Source: Neocallimastix sp. 'constans' (Eukaryota). From it: a DNA stretch of 64,000 nucleotides. How positions within the stretch are numbered: position 1 is the stretch's first letter; every line of letters begins with the position of its first letter. Below the pieces are notes generated by a model, which searched no databases, was not told where the DNA came from, and saw nothing but the letters and a program-made list of their open reading frames with translations. This document shows positions 48,823 to 62,909 of the stretch, in pieces. A program made the translations under genes and the position numbers. Location: assembly GCA_050613775.1 (NCBI GenBank), contig JBODTK010000102.1:434001-498000 (forward strand), read 5' to 3'.

Positions 48823-49340
48823 TATTTTTATTTATATTCATATAATAATAATTTTTTATAAAATAAGAAATAATAATATTTGTATTATTTCTTACTTCAA
48901 AATATTATCATTTTATAAATGTTTGGAACATACATTTTTAGGTAATGATATATAATTAGAGACAGGAAAGATAAAATAATATTTCTGGATTTTTTAAAAT
49001 ATTCTTTTTAATAAATAAAATATAAAGATAAAAGAATCAAAATAGCTAAAGCATTTTATATATTAATAAATAAAAATAATATCAAATTTAAAGAAAAAGA
49101 AAAAAAAAATAATTTATATATTAAAATTTATTATTTTTTATTTTAATATATAGATATAGTTTTTCAAAAAGATATTTAATACCTTTTATTATCCTATCGA
49201 CATTCCTTAAAAATATTAAAGTAAGAGCTACATGTAACAATTAAAAATCAAATTCTATGTATAATATATAATATGAAAGAGAAAGAAAGTATTTTGTATT
49301 ATAATTTACAAATTAATTTCAACTTAATTTTTAATATAAG

Positions 49341-50361
49341 TGTTAAAATATAAATATTGAAGTTTTGTATATATATAATATTAAGGAGTTTTGTGATATA
49401 TTTTAATATATATTTTCAAGTATAAGACCAGTAATATATTTGTGTAACCTAAATAAAATAACTATAAATATTTTATAATATAAAATTCTTCAATAATAAC
49501 TCCTTTTAATAAAATAGATGAAATTAGATTTACATTTTCTATAAACATAAATAAAACGAATCTTTTACTTTTTAACAGATTAAGAGTCTCAATCTCACCA
49601 GATTGAGTGAACATTAAGTTAAGTGTTAGAAAAATTATATAAATAAATTTAACAATTATTTTGAATTAAAGTTATTAATTAATATCTTAAATTCTTATTG
49701 TAAAATAAATCAATTCCAATAATAATTAAAAATATATAAAACTTAACATGTACAAATCAACAATTCTGTAATATAAATTTAAAATATTCATTAAACATAA
49801 ATTTAAAATATTTATGATATATACAAATTTTAATTATTTTCGAAAATAAGTATCAATTTTTATATATTATCTAATGAATACATTAAATATTAGGAATAAA
49901 AATAATAAAATAATAATAAAATACCAAGCTGAATTTAGTCAGCGGTATAATTAAAAAGCTGAGAAGTCAGCGTTATTATAAAGAGCTGAATATTGTCAGC
50001 GTTATAATAAAGAGCTGAAAAGTCAGCGATAATAGTAATTATACTATTACTTAAAAAATATGTAAAAAAATAATTAAATAAATATATAATATAAATATAT
50101 TATTTATATATGAAAAAAAAATAATAATATAACTGGATTTTATATTTTAATAATTTGAATAATTAAAAATAAAAAAAAAACATATTTATAATTAATATAT
50201 ATATATTATATAGTATTATACTAAAATTATAATATATTAATATTAAACACCGAATATAATTAAATTGCTTATAAGATTTAGTATCACTAGCTTTAGTATT
50301 GGAGTTATAACGAACATACAAAATACAATGAACACAATTATAATCAAAAATCCTAGAATAC

Positions 50362-50397
<36 letters not shown>

Positions 50398-50908
50398 CAA
50401 GATTATGTTCAGTGTCAGTTTCCTTCTCTGGTTGTTTAGGTAAGATGCATTCTTCATCACAATATCCTTTGCATATTCATCTTCAGTGGTTCAAGGATCT
50501 CCTACAAATCTACCACAATGTCCATCTATACAAAGTTTGATATCTCCGTTTTCATTAAATACACATCTAGTATCCACACATTTATTTGTAAAGCATTAAA
50601 TGAAGAATAATTATTTCCGCTACAACTCTTAATTCAAGTCTAACTTCATAGAAAGCTAGACTTGAGGGGGAGTGTTAAAATATAAATATTGAAGTTTTGT
50701 ATATATATAATATTAAGGAGTTTTGTGATATATTTTAATATATATTTTCAAGTATAAGACCAATAATATATTTGTATAACCTAAATAAAATAACTATAAA
50801 TATTTTATAATATAAAATTCTTCAATAATAACTCCTTTTAATAAAATAGATGAAATTAGATTTACATTTTCTATAAACATAAATAAAACGAATCATTTAC
50901 TTTTAACA
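49341..50908 (+). mobile_element. TRIM-like non-autonomous Copia-type element (E4)
   Basis: LTRs 49341-49577 and 50673-50908 (TG...CA), TSD ATAAG, PBS GATTAAGAGTCTCA at 49578, PPT TTGAGGGGGAG (same as E1). Confidence 0.95.
50262..50625 (-). pseudogene. Captured fragment of a Cys-rich single-pass membrane protein gene, antisense inside E4
   Basis: The minus strand reads CFTNKCVDTRCVFNENGDIKLCIDGHCGRFVGDP*TTEDE/CKGYCDEECILPKQP...GILGFLIIIVFIVFCMFV, with a stop and frameshifts. Confidence 0.7.
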
Positions 50909-51149
50909 ATAAGTTTACAGATACATGTACATTTATTGAATCAAACAAATAAACAATACTTTCTCCAATTGTAATTATATTTAATTATATTTTATTTTTA
51001 AAGTTTAAAATAAAATATACATATAATTATATACTAAATTATTTCATATTATCATATATTCAATATTTTATATTTTTTTTTTACGTATATTATATTATTT
51101 AATAAAATAAATTTTATCTAATAAGTGACAATAAAAAATACCATTTTGT

Positions 51150-53540
51150 AATATGATTCTAACTCTCTTACATTGGGTGCATGATTGGGAATGGTGAACA
51201 ATTAATATCTAACCTGGAATTTTTCTTTTCTTCGTTGACACCTATTACTTTAAACGGTCCATACTTCCTTGTGGTTAGCTTGTAAAAGGGTAGCATATCT
51301 TAACTCTCTCGCTTTTTCAACCACATTTATCCAACAACTTATACTTGGGATAATTATCGGTTCTACTCTAGTCCATATTATCCAATTATCCAGATTGGGC
51401 TATTTCTAATATATGCGTGAGGTTTCCTAGGTTGTGAGGGAAACTATCAATAATCTTCGCTTACGCCTAACGGGTGTACCAAGTCCTCTGTCTTTGAGGA
51501 GTTCTGAACCTGGTAGTCATACAAGGAAAGGAATGAAGACTGTTGAGTAGGAGAGTGGATTTAATTGTTATAACAGAACTCTGCTAAGAACAAGTAGTCC
51601 ATCCAGCTTTCATCATTGTAGGTTCCAACGAAGCACCGTAAGTAATTTTCTCCGTAGGCATTGTTCCTTTCTCATCATCGGCTAGTAGAAATTTCTTGAT
51701 TCAAGGTCCGAAGTCTTGTCAATATCTAAATGTCCTGCATACTCCGAGTCATGGTTAAGTTGTATAATTGTTTTCAAAAAGTTGTGGGCACATAAACTTG
51801 TTCAGGATATTTTTTTCTTATCTGAAGATCATCTACTTCCAGCCAATGCTTTTAGTTGTAGTTATTCCTTGAGTTTTCTGCCAGTTCTTTAAATATCTCT
51901 TGAGTAATCTTGTCATGTCGGTAGTCCTGCTTGATGTCAACCACAAAATTTGTAGATAAAACTAAGTAGCTTGCTTCACCATATACGTCATCGAATCCTA
52001 CCATCTAGTTTCAAGAGGCTATCTTTGTAAAAGTCTTTACGATCTGTCTTCTCAGTTTCTACTCTTGAGAGGGCATCAGCTCTATCATTCTTCTTCCCAG
52101 GCCTATAAACTATTTCGAACCAATATGTAGCAAATAGCTTTGCTAAGTATCTTCGAGCATTAGTATATGGGGCGAAGAGTCCCATGGTCTCCTCTCTGTG
52201 ACAATACTTCTCCTATCATGAAATTACTAATATCACACTCTACGAAAAATTGTTTTTCATAGTCGAGATATACTAGCTCTTGTGGAGGGGTTGGCATTTC
52301 CTTCAACTTTCGAAATTCGACTAAACCCTCTTCAGTTCATTCAAGCATTTCTTCTTTTGATATCATCTTAAATAGCGGCTTAGATATTTCGGAGAAATTT
52401 CTTAAAAAATTCCTGTAGTATTTGCAAAAGCCTACAAAGTTTTGCATCTGTTTCACATTTTCTGGTTTTGGCCATTCTATCACGACCTTTATCTTTTCTG
52501 GGTCAGTTTCTACACCATCTTTGCTGACTACATGTCCAAGAAATGATATCTTTATACTTAGACATCTTGACTACAAACTTATGTTCAATTAACTTTTTTA
52601 AAATTTTGCGAACGTGCTGTACATGTTCCTCTAACGTTTTCGAATATACCACTATATCATCAAAGTAAATTTGATAGCACTTCCCGATATCTTCGCTGAA
52701 GATATCATTTATGAATCTTCGGAACACAGCTGGTGTATTGATTAGACCAAAAAGCATCATCAAATACGCAAAGTGTCCAAACTTGGTATTGAAGGCCATC
52801 TTATACTTGTCACCTTCTCGAATTCATACCAAGTTATTAGCAAATTTTATATCGAACTTGGAGAATACTACAGCTCTTTTCATCACTTCAAAAACTGCAC
52901 TAATTCTTGAGATAGGATAGGCGTTCCGTTTCGTCCATTGATTCAGCTTCCTGTATTCCATGAATAGTCGTAATTTCTCTAATTTCTTGGGTAGGAACAA
53001 CACAGGGTAACCTGTCGGAGATTCTGATCTTCGAATAAACCATTTGTCCAAATTTTCATCTATGTACTCTTTTAAATGCTTTTTCTACTCTAGGACTTGT
53101 AGAATAAATAGTTCCTTTGTAAAGTGGTGTATCAGATTCTAGTTCTATCTTACAATCATATGGCCTGTGCTCTGGTATCAGCGATTTCATCATTGAAAAC
53201 TTCGGTTAATTCTCCATAATACTTATCAATTATTTCAATAATAGGCAGTAGCTTCTCCAGCCCCACTTTCTTAATCGTCTCTACTCCCGAAACCTCTTGG
53301 GTTAATATAGCTAGATGATCCTTTTTCTAGTTATTATTTTATTCAATTTTTTCTGTAGGGTATTTATTAATTTACTCTCCTTTAGATTTTTCGCTTTTTG
53401 TACTTTGAACAATCTGACCATCTATCATAGTCTACTAAGTAGTCGTAGTAATCATTGGTGTATTCTATACCTCCTTCGCGGTAGAATTGTCTAGTTAAAT
53501 CATACACAGTATTTTTCATTCTTTGGTTCTTTATATCCTG
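51150..53540 (-). mobile_element. Degenerate Ty3/Gypsy pol remnant (RT-RH-IN)
   Basis: IRRSESPTGYPVLF, AFNTKFGHF.YLMMLFGL.N.PAVF, YFDDIVVYS, IVYRPGKKNDRADALSR, YGPFKV; many stops and frameshifts. Confidence 0.88.
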
Positions 53541-54909
53541 GTTTTTAGTGATATAATTGGATAATTACCTTAATTCTATTTAAGCATAGAAAGTTGTAAT
53601 TATTGTATCAATTATTTTGTTAGACACAAAATTAATAATTATAAAAAAAAGATTTTTATTATAGAAAAATTTAAATTTTAAAAAATTAACTTATATTTTA
53701 TTGTTTATTAATATAATTTTTTTCTTATAATAATAATTCTTGATTTTCAAGTAAAGAAAATCAAGAATTATTTATAAAAAGTTCCAAATCTTAATAAATA
53801 ACTTTTTAGGAAAATATTTTATCGAAAAATCTGAGTAGTTTATTGACCAATTATTAATAAATTTGATGATATGTTAATTGAATAAAAAACTTCAATTAAC
53901 ATTTATTTTTTATTTAAATAATATAAATTTAACATTATATTTTCAAATTTTATTTAATTTTGAACATTAAAATTCTATATTAATTTGATTTGGTATATTA
54001 AATATTTATAATATTATTTTTATAGAAATTTATATATTAAAATTCTAAATTTATATTAAGTTTTTAAAATTGTATTAATGTAATAATTATTTAAATTAAA
54101 ATTTAAAATTTATTTATCAAATGAATTTTAACAAATATAAAAAATATTTATTATTAATTATTTTAATATTATTATTTTAATGTAATGTTAAAGAATAATA
54201 ATTTTTACAATATTAATTATGTATTATTAATAATAATTTTATTTTAAAAATATTTTATAAAAATTTTAATAATATTTATTAAATAATAGTATTTTTATTT
54301 AATAAAGATTAATTATTATTTTTTTATAATAAAAATTATAATTATTTTTTACATATTATATTAATATTTTAATAATTAATATAATAATTTAGAAAAATAT
54401 TTTAAATGAGTTTATTATATGAATAATATATATTTAAAAATTTATTTATTTAATTATATTTATAAGGTTTTCTTATAATAAAACTTTTGATTTTTTATTA
54501 ATATAAAAAATCAAGAGTTTTTTTTTTTTAAAAAATATTTTCAATTATTTTCTAATCTTAAGTATTATTATTTAATATTTACAAAAAAAATTAGAAGAAA
54601 AGACTTGAAAATAATTTATTTAATTTTAATTAAATAAATAATTTGATGAATTAATTAATTTTAAAATTAATTAATTATTAAAATTAACTTATTAATTAAA
54701 TAATTGTAAACATATTGATTTCAAAAAATCATATATTTATTTATGAAAAAGAAATTATTAATTGTTAAAACTTTAATAATTGTTATTTCTTTATATTTTT
54801 ATTAATTTAATTGATAACATGAATTCATATTAAAATTTCTTATTTCAATTTTCTATTATTAATAAAATTTTTTAGTTTTTAATATTTCACCAATTAAATT
54901 GTATCTCTT

Positions 54910-57050
54910 ACTTTGAATAGCTTAGGATGTACTAGCCTTAGGTACCGTGCTGGTTTGGGTTTTGTTACAGCTGGTTTCTTAGAAATACTTTTCCTCAGTG
55001 GTTTTCCTATCTCTGTACGTCGAGCTGGAGGAGCTTCTATAGATATAGGAAAGCTGATGACTGTTAATCAAATCCAACTGTAAGAAATCGAGCATTTGGT
55101 AAAATTAACTTCGGAAATTCAAAAGAATGCTTTCGCATCTGAATGTAAACCCCTTCCACTCCACATTAATACAAGAATTTCTTGGTTTAAAACTAGGGGA
55201 CTTAAGGCCTATACTTACAAAGAACCCGAAGGAAGACGAGACAATAACGGCTGCATACCCTGCGGAGTATGAGAGACATACCAATGTTCAATGATGAAAC
55301 AGAGGATGTAGAATCGTTTACTTATGGGGGAAAAAATACTTTAGTTGACATCAGAAATACAACCAGACCAAACCTATCGCAATGCTATACTTCATTAAGG
55401 ACTATTTACATAAAAATGCTAAAAAGTAGTATCAGATGAATGAAGTATTCAAACAAAAAAGACCCGCAAACACAGAGGGTAAAGGATAAGTAATAGAAGG
55501 AGTTTAAAAGTGAGCGAATTTTGGAAGAGGTAAAGTCTGCAATGCTGAAATTTAGGTATGAATGAGGAAAAGCTTATGAGTACCTCTCCAAGTTAAACAG
55601 ACTAAGTAAAATACTATATCTCAGGGATGAAACCAAAAAAATGTAATTAGTACAAAAAGTAAGATCTTCAGTAAGAGAAGCTTTTATAATTTAGCTGCTG
55701 AAAGGCAAACACTGGAAGGTTATGTAGCATGCTTAATAAGGTGTGATACCTTCCCAATGTATTTTATAGACGAAAATTTAGAAAGATACGAATATAACCG
55801 TGAGAGAAAGATTGCAATCGTGGCCCTATTAGAAATAATACGGGTTCATAGATTAACATGATCTACTCGAAGTTAGCTAAAGAACCCTGACATTTAATAC
55901 TGCCACTGACGAAATGTTAATACTTCATGTGACTAAAGAGTTCCAGATAAAAAACTGGTAGACGAGCTTACTAATAAGGTCAGATAGTATGACTTAAACA
56001 CTAGATATAGACTAGCCAAGGCTATGCGACTAACCATAATATTAGATTCAAGATTCATGGATCATGGACAGGTATAAACTAAAGATATCATTTTTAAACC
56101 ATGTGGTTAGTAAAGTTGGTATAGAAACTGACTTAGAAAAGATAAAAGCTGTTACTGAATGACCACAACAAGAAAATGTTAAACTGAAGCAAAGCTTTTT
56201 AGGCTTTTTCAATTATTACTAAAATTTAATCAAGAATTTTTCCGAAGTAACGAAACCTTTATTCAAGATGACCTTAGGGAAGGAAAAATTTTAGTGGAAT
56301 GTAGAAGGTCTGTACGAGTTTCACAAATTGAAAGAAAAGCATATCCCTCCTTCAGTGATATCTTACCCTAACCATGACATACTGTTCTTTGTCGAATGTT
56401 ACTTTAGTAATTACGCCATTTGAGGAGGGTTATCATAAAAAGGTGACTACGGGACCCTTCATTCAATATAATATTACTTAAAAATACTTCGTAAAACTGA
56501 AAGGAACCACCCTATTACAGAAAAAGAAATATTAGCTATTAAAACTGCTTCAATTGAATGGGGACACATGCTTCATGGGGAGAAGCATAATTTTATTGTA
56601 TACAGCAATCACAGAAACTTATTATTCGCTACGAAATCCAATTGTTAATTCCTACACGGTCCACCAAGAAATCGATAAGACATCAGACTTAGTGCCTAGA
56701 TATTTTTATTGATTAAAGATGAAAAAGGAAATTTCAGGTTAGGCTAAAGCCTGTAAAATTTGTTCTAGTAGAAAGATGATAGGCACAAAGAATATGGTAG
56801 AAAAGTAAGAATCCCAGTTGTAGAATTGCCTTGGAAAGAGATTCAACTAGATTTTATTACAGATTTGCCAATGAAAGCAGATTAGAAATGAAGACGGATA
56901 TATGTGGGATACGAAAAGAGCTGATTACATTTTAGTGTGCTGTGACAAACAATACCAAAATGATCCATTTGATATGGTTTAAATATTTTTCGAAAGCGAA
57001 CGAGATTTCTGATGTATTCCATAAAGAAATATATAAATTGTATGGATTAT
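54910..57050 (+). mobile_element. Degenerate Ty3/Gypsy gag-pol remnant
   Basis: HVVSKVGIETDLEKIKAV, QSFLGFFNYY, EKEILAIK...EW.HMLHG and PWKEIQLDFITDLP are readable in broken frames. Confidence 0.82.
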
Positions 57051-57358
57051 TATTAATCTAAATGAATTTCATTACAAAATCATGTGAATGTTTATTAAAC
57101 ATCAAAAAAAATATCAAGAAAATTAGATATATTTTTAATATAACATTTTATATATAATATTTAATATTTAATTTTTTTTATGTTTATATTTTTTTTATAA
57201 TTACGAAAGTATGTAAGTTATTTTATAAATTTTACATTTTATTTCTTTTATATATATTATTTAAATATAATAATATTCTGATTAGTTAAACTATATTAAA
57301 TTCATTATTAAATATTTATTTTTTATATTCTAATATTCATTTTAAAATATGATTTTCG

Positions 57359-59520
57359 TTAAATGTCATATTTTTTTATTAATATTATTTTAATTAAAAT
57401 ATAAATTGGATTTAGTTTATCAATTGATTTTAAATGTGTATAATTGACTTCAACCAAATTATTATTTTGGTAGTTGTTTTCAAAGTTTAATGGTTGAGTT
57501 AAAATCCAAAATTTAAATGTGTTGGATTGGTTCCATTTAATTGATAATATTCTTTGATTGTGTTGATCATAAATTGGTGTGTATGATTTATTTTTAGTAT
57601 TATTGAAAATTATGTTGTATCCTTGCTGTGTAAGATTTCCAATTGATAATAAATTTTTATTTATTTTTTGATGAGTAATAACGTTCTTAATGATTATTTT
57701 ATGATTACTAGTGGATCCTATGAGGTCTCCTTTAAATTGTATTGATATAACTTGATTACTAGCTAAATAAACTTTTTCATTGCATTTTTGAATATTATTT
57801 AATTTATTTAAATGACTTATGATGCTTATTGATGCGCCGTAATCTAATATCATTTCTTTATGTTTGTTGTTGTTTTGCTTATTTATTGAGGCAAAATTAA
57901 TATCTTGAAATTCTTGACAATCGTAATCCTTGGTAAAAACATCGGCATAGCTTGTATCATACTTTTTTTTTTTCCATGAAATTTGCATAATTTCTACTTT
58001 TATTATATTTTTTTTAAAATTATTTTTTCTGCGTTTGAAAGTTTTTCTTCTTTTATTATTATTTTTGCCATCTCTTTTATTTTTACAGTCATAAAAAAAT
58101 GACTCCATTTATTACAGTAATTACATCTACCATTTTTAGTTTTTTAGTAAATGTTTTTATTTTGGTATGTTTTTTCTTATTTGTATTAATGTTAGTATTA
58201 TTTTCTATTTAAAATTTATTTTGATTATTTTGATTATTAGTTATGGATGATTTCAGGCAATATATCCTTAATGTATTCACTACATTTATTCCAATCATTT
58301 TTAAATTGGAATACATTAATCCAACGGAGTTCCTTTGGAAGACTTCTGTTAAAGATGTCCACTTTAACACTTGGTTTAATGTCATTATTTATTTTCTCGA
58401 GTTCATCAATGGTATTCTGTAGTTCAGTAATAAATATTAATATAGACTTATGGGTTGTACTTCAAATAATTAAGTTTATTTTTAAGTTCTAATTTACACG
58501 TATTAATGTTTTTGGTAAAAGATCTTTTTAGAATCTCCACAATTCGAAAGCCGTTTTGTTTGGTCCTTGCACAATACCTTGCTTTTTTTCTCCAATACTG
58601 TTTAGGACGATCCATTTTGATGTAATACTAATATTGATGCCAACCACATTGATGTTTTTGTCATACACCAACGTATCATCAAATTCATCTTCAATATATT
58701 CAGATAAATCAACTTGTATATCTCTTTTCCTTAACTTTTTAACCTTTTCTTTGGAGACATAACAAACTAGATTGTTAATTTATAATAGATGAAGAATTTT
58801 GGTTCTCCATCTTATATATAGCTTTCAGTATTTAATTCAACTACTTTGTTAAAATTTTCAGAATAGTTAAATTTAATTGTTGGCCTGATGTCAATGAGTT
58901 ATTCAATGGTAATCACTTCATTTTCATTATTTTTTCTAGTATTAGCCATTGCTGAAAGTTTTAAACGAATTAATTTATTTTATTAATAATTTATTAATAT
59001 TTTATATTAATAAATTATTAATATAAAATTATTATGAGAATATTTTAAAATACAATTAAAGAGAGATATGTTACATGTTTAAATATTTATTTTTACATAT
59101 TTAATATATTAATTAAAACTCTATTCTATTTTGATTAAATAAATTCAAATTTAATTATATATAGTTTAATATTTTTATTAGGATTTATAATAAACTTTAA
59201 TAATATTTATTTTTGATAATTGGTTAAGTTACATTTATTATTTAATATAAAAGGTTATAAAATTTATATATTTCAGTATGATTGGTTTCTATTTTTTATC
59301 TTATTTTTAATGTAATATTTTTTATTACGTCATTTTATATTAATTTTAATTAAACATTGATATTGTTGATTTTATATGTTTGAAAAAATATTTTTATTAA
59401 TTTTATATTTATTAATATTGAAATTGAATATATTTGTTTTTTATTTAAGTGATAATTTAAATATATTAATTTACTGTATGATGTAAATATTTATATATTT
59501 ATTGTTAATAATTAGTAATA
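57359..59520 (-). mobile_element. Truncated Copia copy of the E2 family (leader, gag, protease)
   Basis: Gag starts MANTRKNNENEVIT at ~58949 and is highly similar to 41166+. Protease-like ILDYGASI. Leader 59030-59460 matches 40690-41160. Confidence 0.88.
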
Positions 59521-60860
59521 TTTAAACCCTAACTCTTCAATTGAGCTATCATTAAAGATAAATTGAAATAAATAAAACATAACATCATTTTATCATTCAT
59601 ATTCAAACTAATAAAAATATATTTTTTTTATTTTTATAATATTCATTATAAAAAAAAATGTAATAACCAATATCAATAAGCAAATATTACAGAAAAATTG
59701 TGAGAATATTAAGGATATAAGATTTCAAATAAAGTATGTATTGTAATTGGTCATAGTTATTTTTTTTTAAAAAAAAATACATAAATAAATACATAATTAT
59801 ATAAATAAAAATTATAAAATAAAAAAATAAAAATTATAAAATAAAGAAATAACAATTATAAAATAAAAAAAAAAGAAAAAAAAATATTAAAATAAAAAAT
59901 AGTCAACTAGTCCACCTAAGTTGAGAATTATTGAAAATAAAAAAAAATGTCAACAAGCTAAGTTGTAAATAATTGATAATAAAATAAAAATAATTGTCAA
60001 CTAGCTAGGTTGAAAATAATTTAAAATAGTCATTTAAGTCATTAATACTAAGAATAATTAATGAAAAAAAAATCATTTATTCATTTTAAATTAATCGATA
60101 ATAACAATATTTAACTAAATATTCTTGATACATATAATATAAAATTTTAAAACAAATCTAAAACATGAACAAAATTAAACTAAACTATATAAATTAATAT
60201 TAATATTAACAATAATATAAAATATGAAAATAGAAAATAAATAAGAGTAAACTTATTCATGAAAAATAAATTAAACCTAAATTAAATTAATATATAATAA
60301 AAGCAATCAAATACATTCATAGGTACAGACAAAGTAATCTCAATATTCATAATATATATATACACAAAATAAAATTTGTTACTATTTGTTAAAATTAAGA
60401 ATCTCTTAATTTTTTATAAATAAATGGATAACTGTATATTATTTAATTTTATACATTTCTAGAGTATTTATAGTTACTAATATGTGGCTTATTATTATCA
60501 TTGGTCATATATTCCACAATAAATACATTGAAATATATAACATCACTCCTTAAATTAATATGATTATAAACTTTAATATTTATATTTCTGACACTATTAA
60601 TAGTAACCAATGAATTTAAACGTTTTATATTTTTTAATTTTATATACGAATCAAAGGACATATATAATATAAACAAAATTTATTTTTAATATAAACAAAT
60701 ATAATTTTAATACATAATTAATAAAACAATAAAAATAATAAATATAAAATAAAACATATTAACATACAAAAATCTATTCTAACATCAAACAATTTAAAAT
60801 AATATTAAATATTAAATATAAAATATATTACTATTTAATTCAATTTTTAATAAAGAATAA

Positions 60861-61950
60861 AATGCCACCAAGAAGAATTAATCAAGTAATTAATGTTGAA
60901 GACACAGACAATCCACGTAAGATAGTGAATTTCAATTATTTTGAATATATCAACTGAGTAATTTAAATGACAACTGAAAATTATCCTTGATGGAAATGAA
61001 ATATACTTTATTTACTGACCATAAATAATCTATTGCTTTACATCACTAAAGAAAAAATTAAGAAATTAAGAAAGAAAGATATCAAGGAGGATATATCAGA
61101 TTACACGGAAGACCAATTTGACAACACATTAGTATATACTTAAAATACTAATGAAAATGACATTAACAACGATATTACCCTAACCCTAAACCCTAACCCT
61201 ATTAACACGTTGGGAGAAAAGACTTAAGTAATAGTAAAAGGAAATGGAAAAATTGCTTATCAAGTTTGGAAATTTTAGAAAAGTCATTCATTAAATCAAA
61301 GGAATCTAGAAAGTTAGAAATAAAGAAAAAGCTAAATGAGTTGAAGTTCGAAGAACAGGGTATAAACATATTTATGTCGGATTTACAATTCACTATTGAA
61401 GAACTAGAAAAAAACAGATGAAGATCTAAACACCAGTACAAAAGTCGGTATTTTGAATAGAGCACTACCAGAAAATATTCGCTTCATCAATGTGTTTCAA
61501 TACAATAGTGATTAAGAAAAATTTGAAGATTAAGTAAAAGATATAATACCACAAATCTTGTTATCCAATCTAACAGAATTAAACTATATTAAAGAAAATA
61601 AAAATAAAAACATTTTTTCAGCTGAGAGAACATACAATAAGAATCAAGAAACATCAAAGCGCTATTTCAAACATATCAATATAAATACAAAACAACCAAA
61701 TATTAAATGCAACTACTGTGGTAAAAGAGAGCATTCTTTTATAACAGCTTTAAAAGAAAAAGAAATCAATCAAGAAGAAACACAAATTTTGAAAGAAAAA
61801 ACAATTATAATAAATCAAATGTAAGAAACAAAAAGGTCATAGACAACATACAAAGAAACAACTATTGCAATATATACGCAGAGTGTTTTTCTTAAGATTA
61901 AAACCCAAACGAATCAAATACTATAGACTTAATAGATAATAAAGTTATTT
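60861..61950 (+). pseudogene. Copia gag remnant (third related family)
   Basis: MPPRRINQVINVED..., KEKIKKLRKKDI, KVGILNRALPENIRFINVFQY, CNYCGKREH; multiple stops. Confidence 0.85.
61176..61201. repeat. Interstitial telomere-like repeat (CCCTAA)n
   Basis: TACCCTAACCCTAAACCCTAACCCTA within the gag remnant. Confidence 0.8.
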
Positions 61951-62909
61951 CTTCTAACCATGCCTGCACAAATTTTTTTAATTTGATAATATTAATATTA
62001 TAAATTGTAAAAATTCAGCGAGACTTATTTCTCTAAGTATTTAATTTTTCGCTTATTAAATTCGAAAAATTAATTAGTATTTATTTGCTCATTTATTTAC
62101 TTTTGTAAATTAATTAATTTAAACAAAATGTAGGAGTTTGAAAGAACCTAAAGTTTCTATTTTAAATTAAAATTAAACAAGTTAACGTTTAATGTGTCCT
62201 CCATAGTTTATGATTTAATATATAGTTCAATTATTTTAATTAAATAAATGTATAATTAAATAATTCAATGTTTTAATCCTCATATTTCATTTTACAGGAG
62301 TGAAATTATAAATATATAAATTTTGAAGAAAATCTCTGCACTCCTTACGTGTAATTTCATATTCTATTCTTGCATTAAATTAAATAAAATCAATGAATAA
62401 TTAAATAAATTATAATAAAAATAAATGAATAAAAACAATAATCAAAATTATTAACTTTTAATAAAATTTGTAATAAACAAAAAATTAGTTAACACTGTTA
62501 ATGTATATTGTAATTACTATTGCTAATATATGCATTGATACAAACGTTTATATTAGAGGCTTAAATAATTTATAAGGATATTCCCAATAAGAAGTGTAGA
62601 TATAAATATTTTTTAATGTTAATATGATTGGTAATGAGAAAAAAAATAAATAAATATGATTGGATATAAATAAATATATGTGCAAATAAATTAATTATGA
62701 ATTAAATAAATAAACAACTTAACTATAAATAAATAAATTTAAATGTACAAATAAACCTTACAAATCTTAATAATTTTTATATATAGCTTTAATTTATTAT
62801 GGAATTATTAAAAAAGTTTATTAAAAAAATGCCTTATAAAAGATGTCAGAAGTGTTGGCAAAACAGTTCGGTTTAAGATGGTTTTCCTGAAAAGAATCCT
62901 AACTCAGGA

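Noticed and set aside
50265..50540. 91-aa plus-strand poly-Lys ORF
   Set aside because: Non-ATG start; it is the antisense shadow of the Cys-rich cargo and a poly-A tract.
53715..54525. Possible LTR pair between the two Gypsy remnants
   Set aside because: Only ~50 bp of loose AT-rich similarity; no TG/CA ends, PBS or TSD found.
60449..60676. 75-aa minus ORF
   Set aside because: Non-ATG start, AT-rich, within a Copia leader region; no motif.
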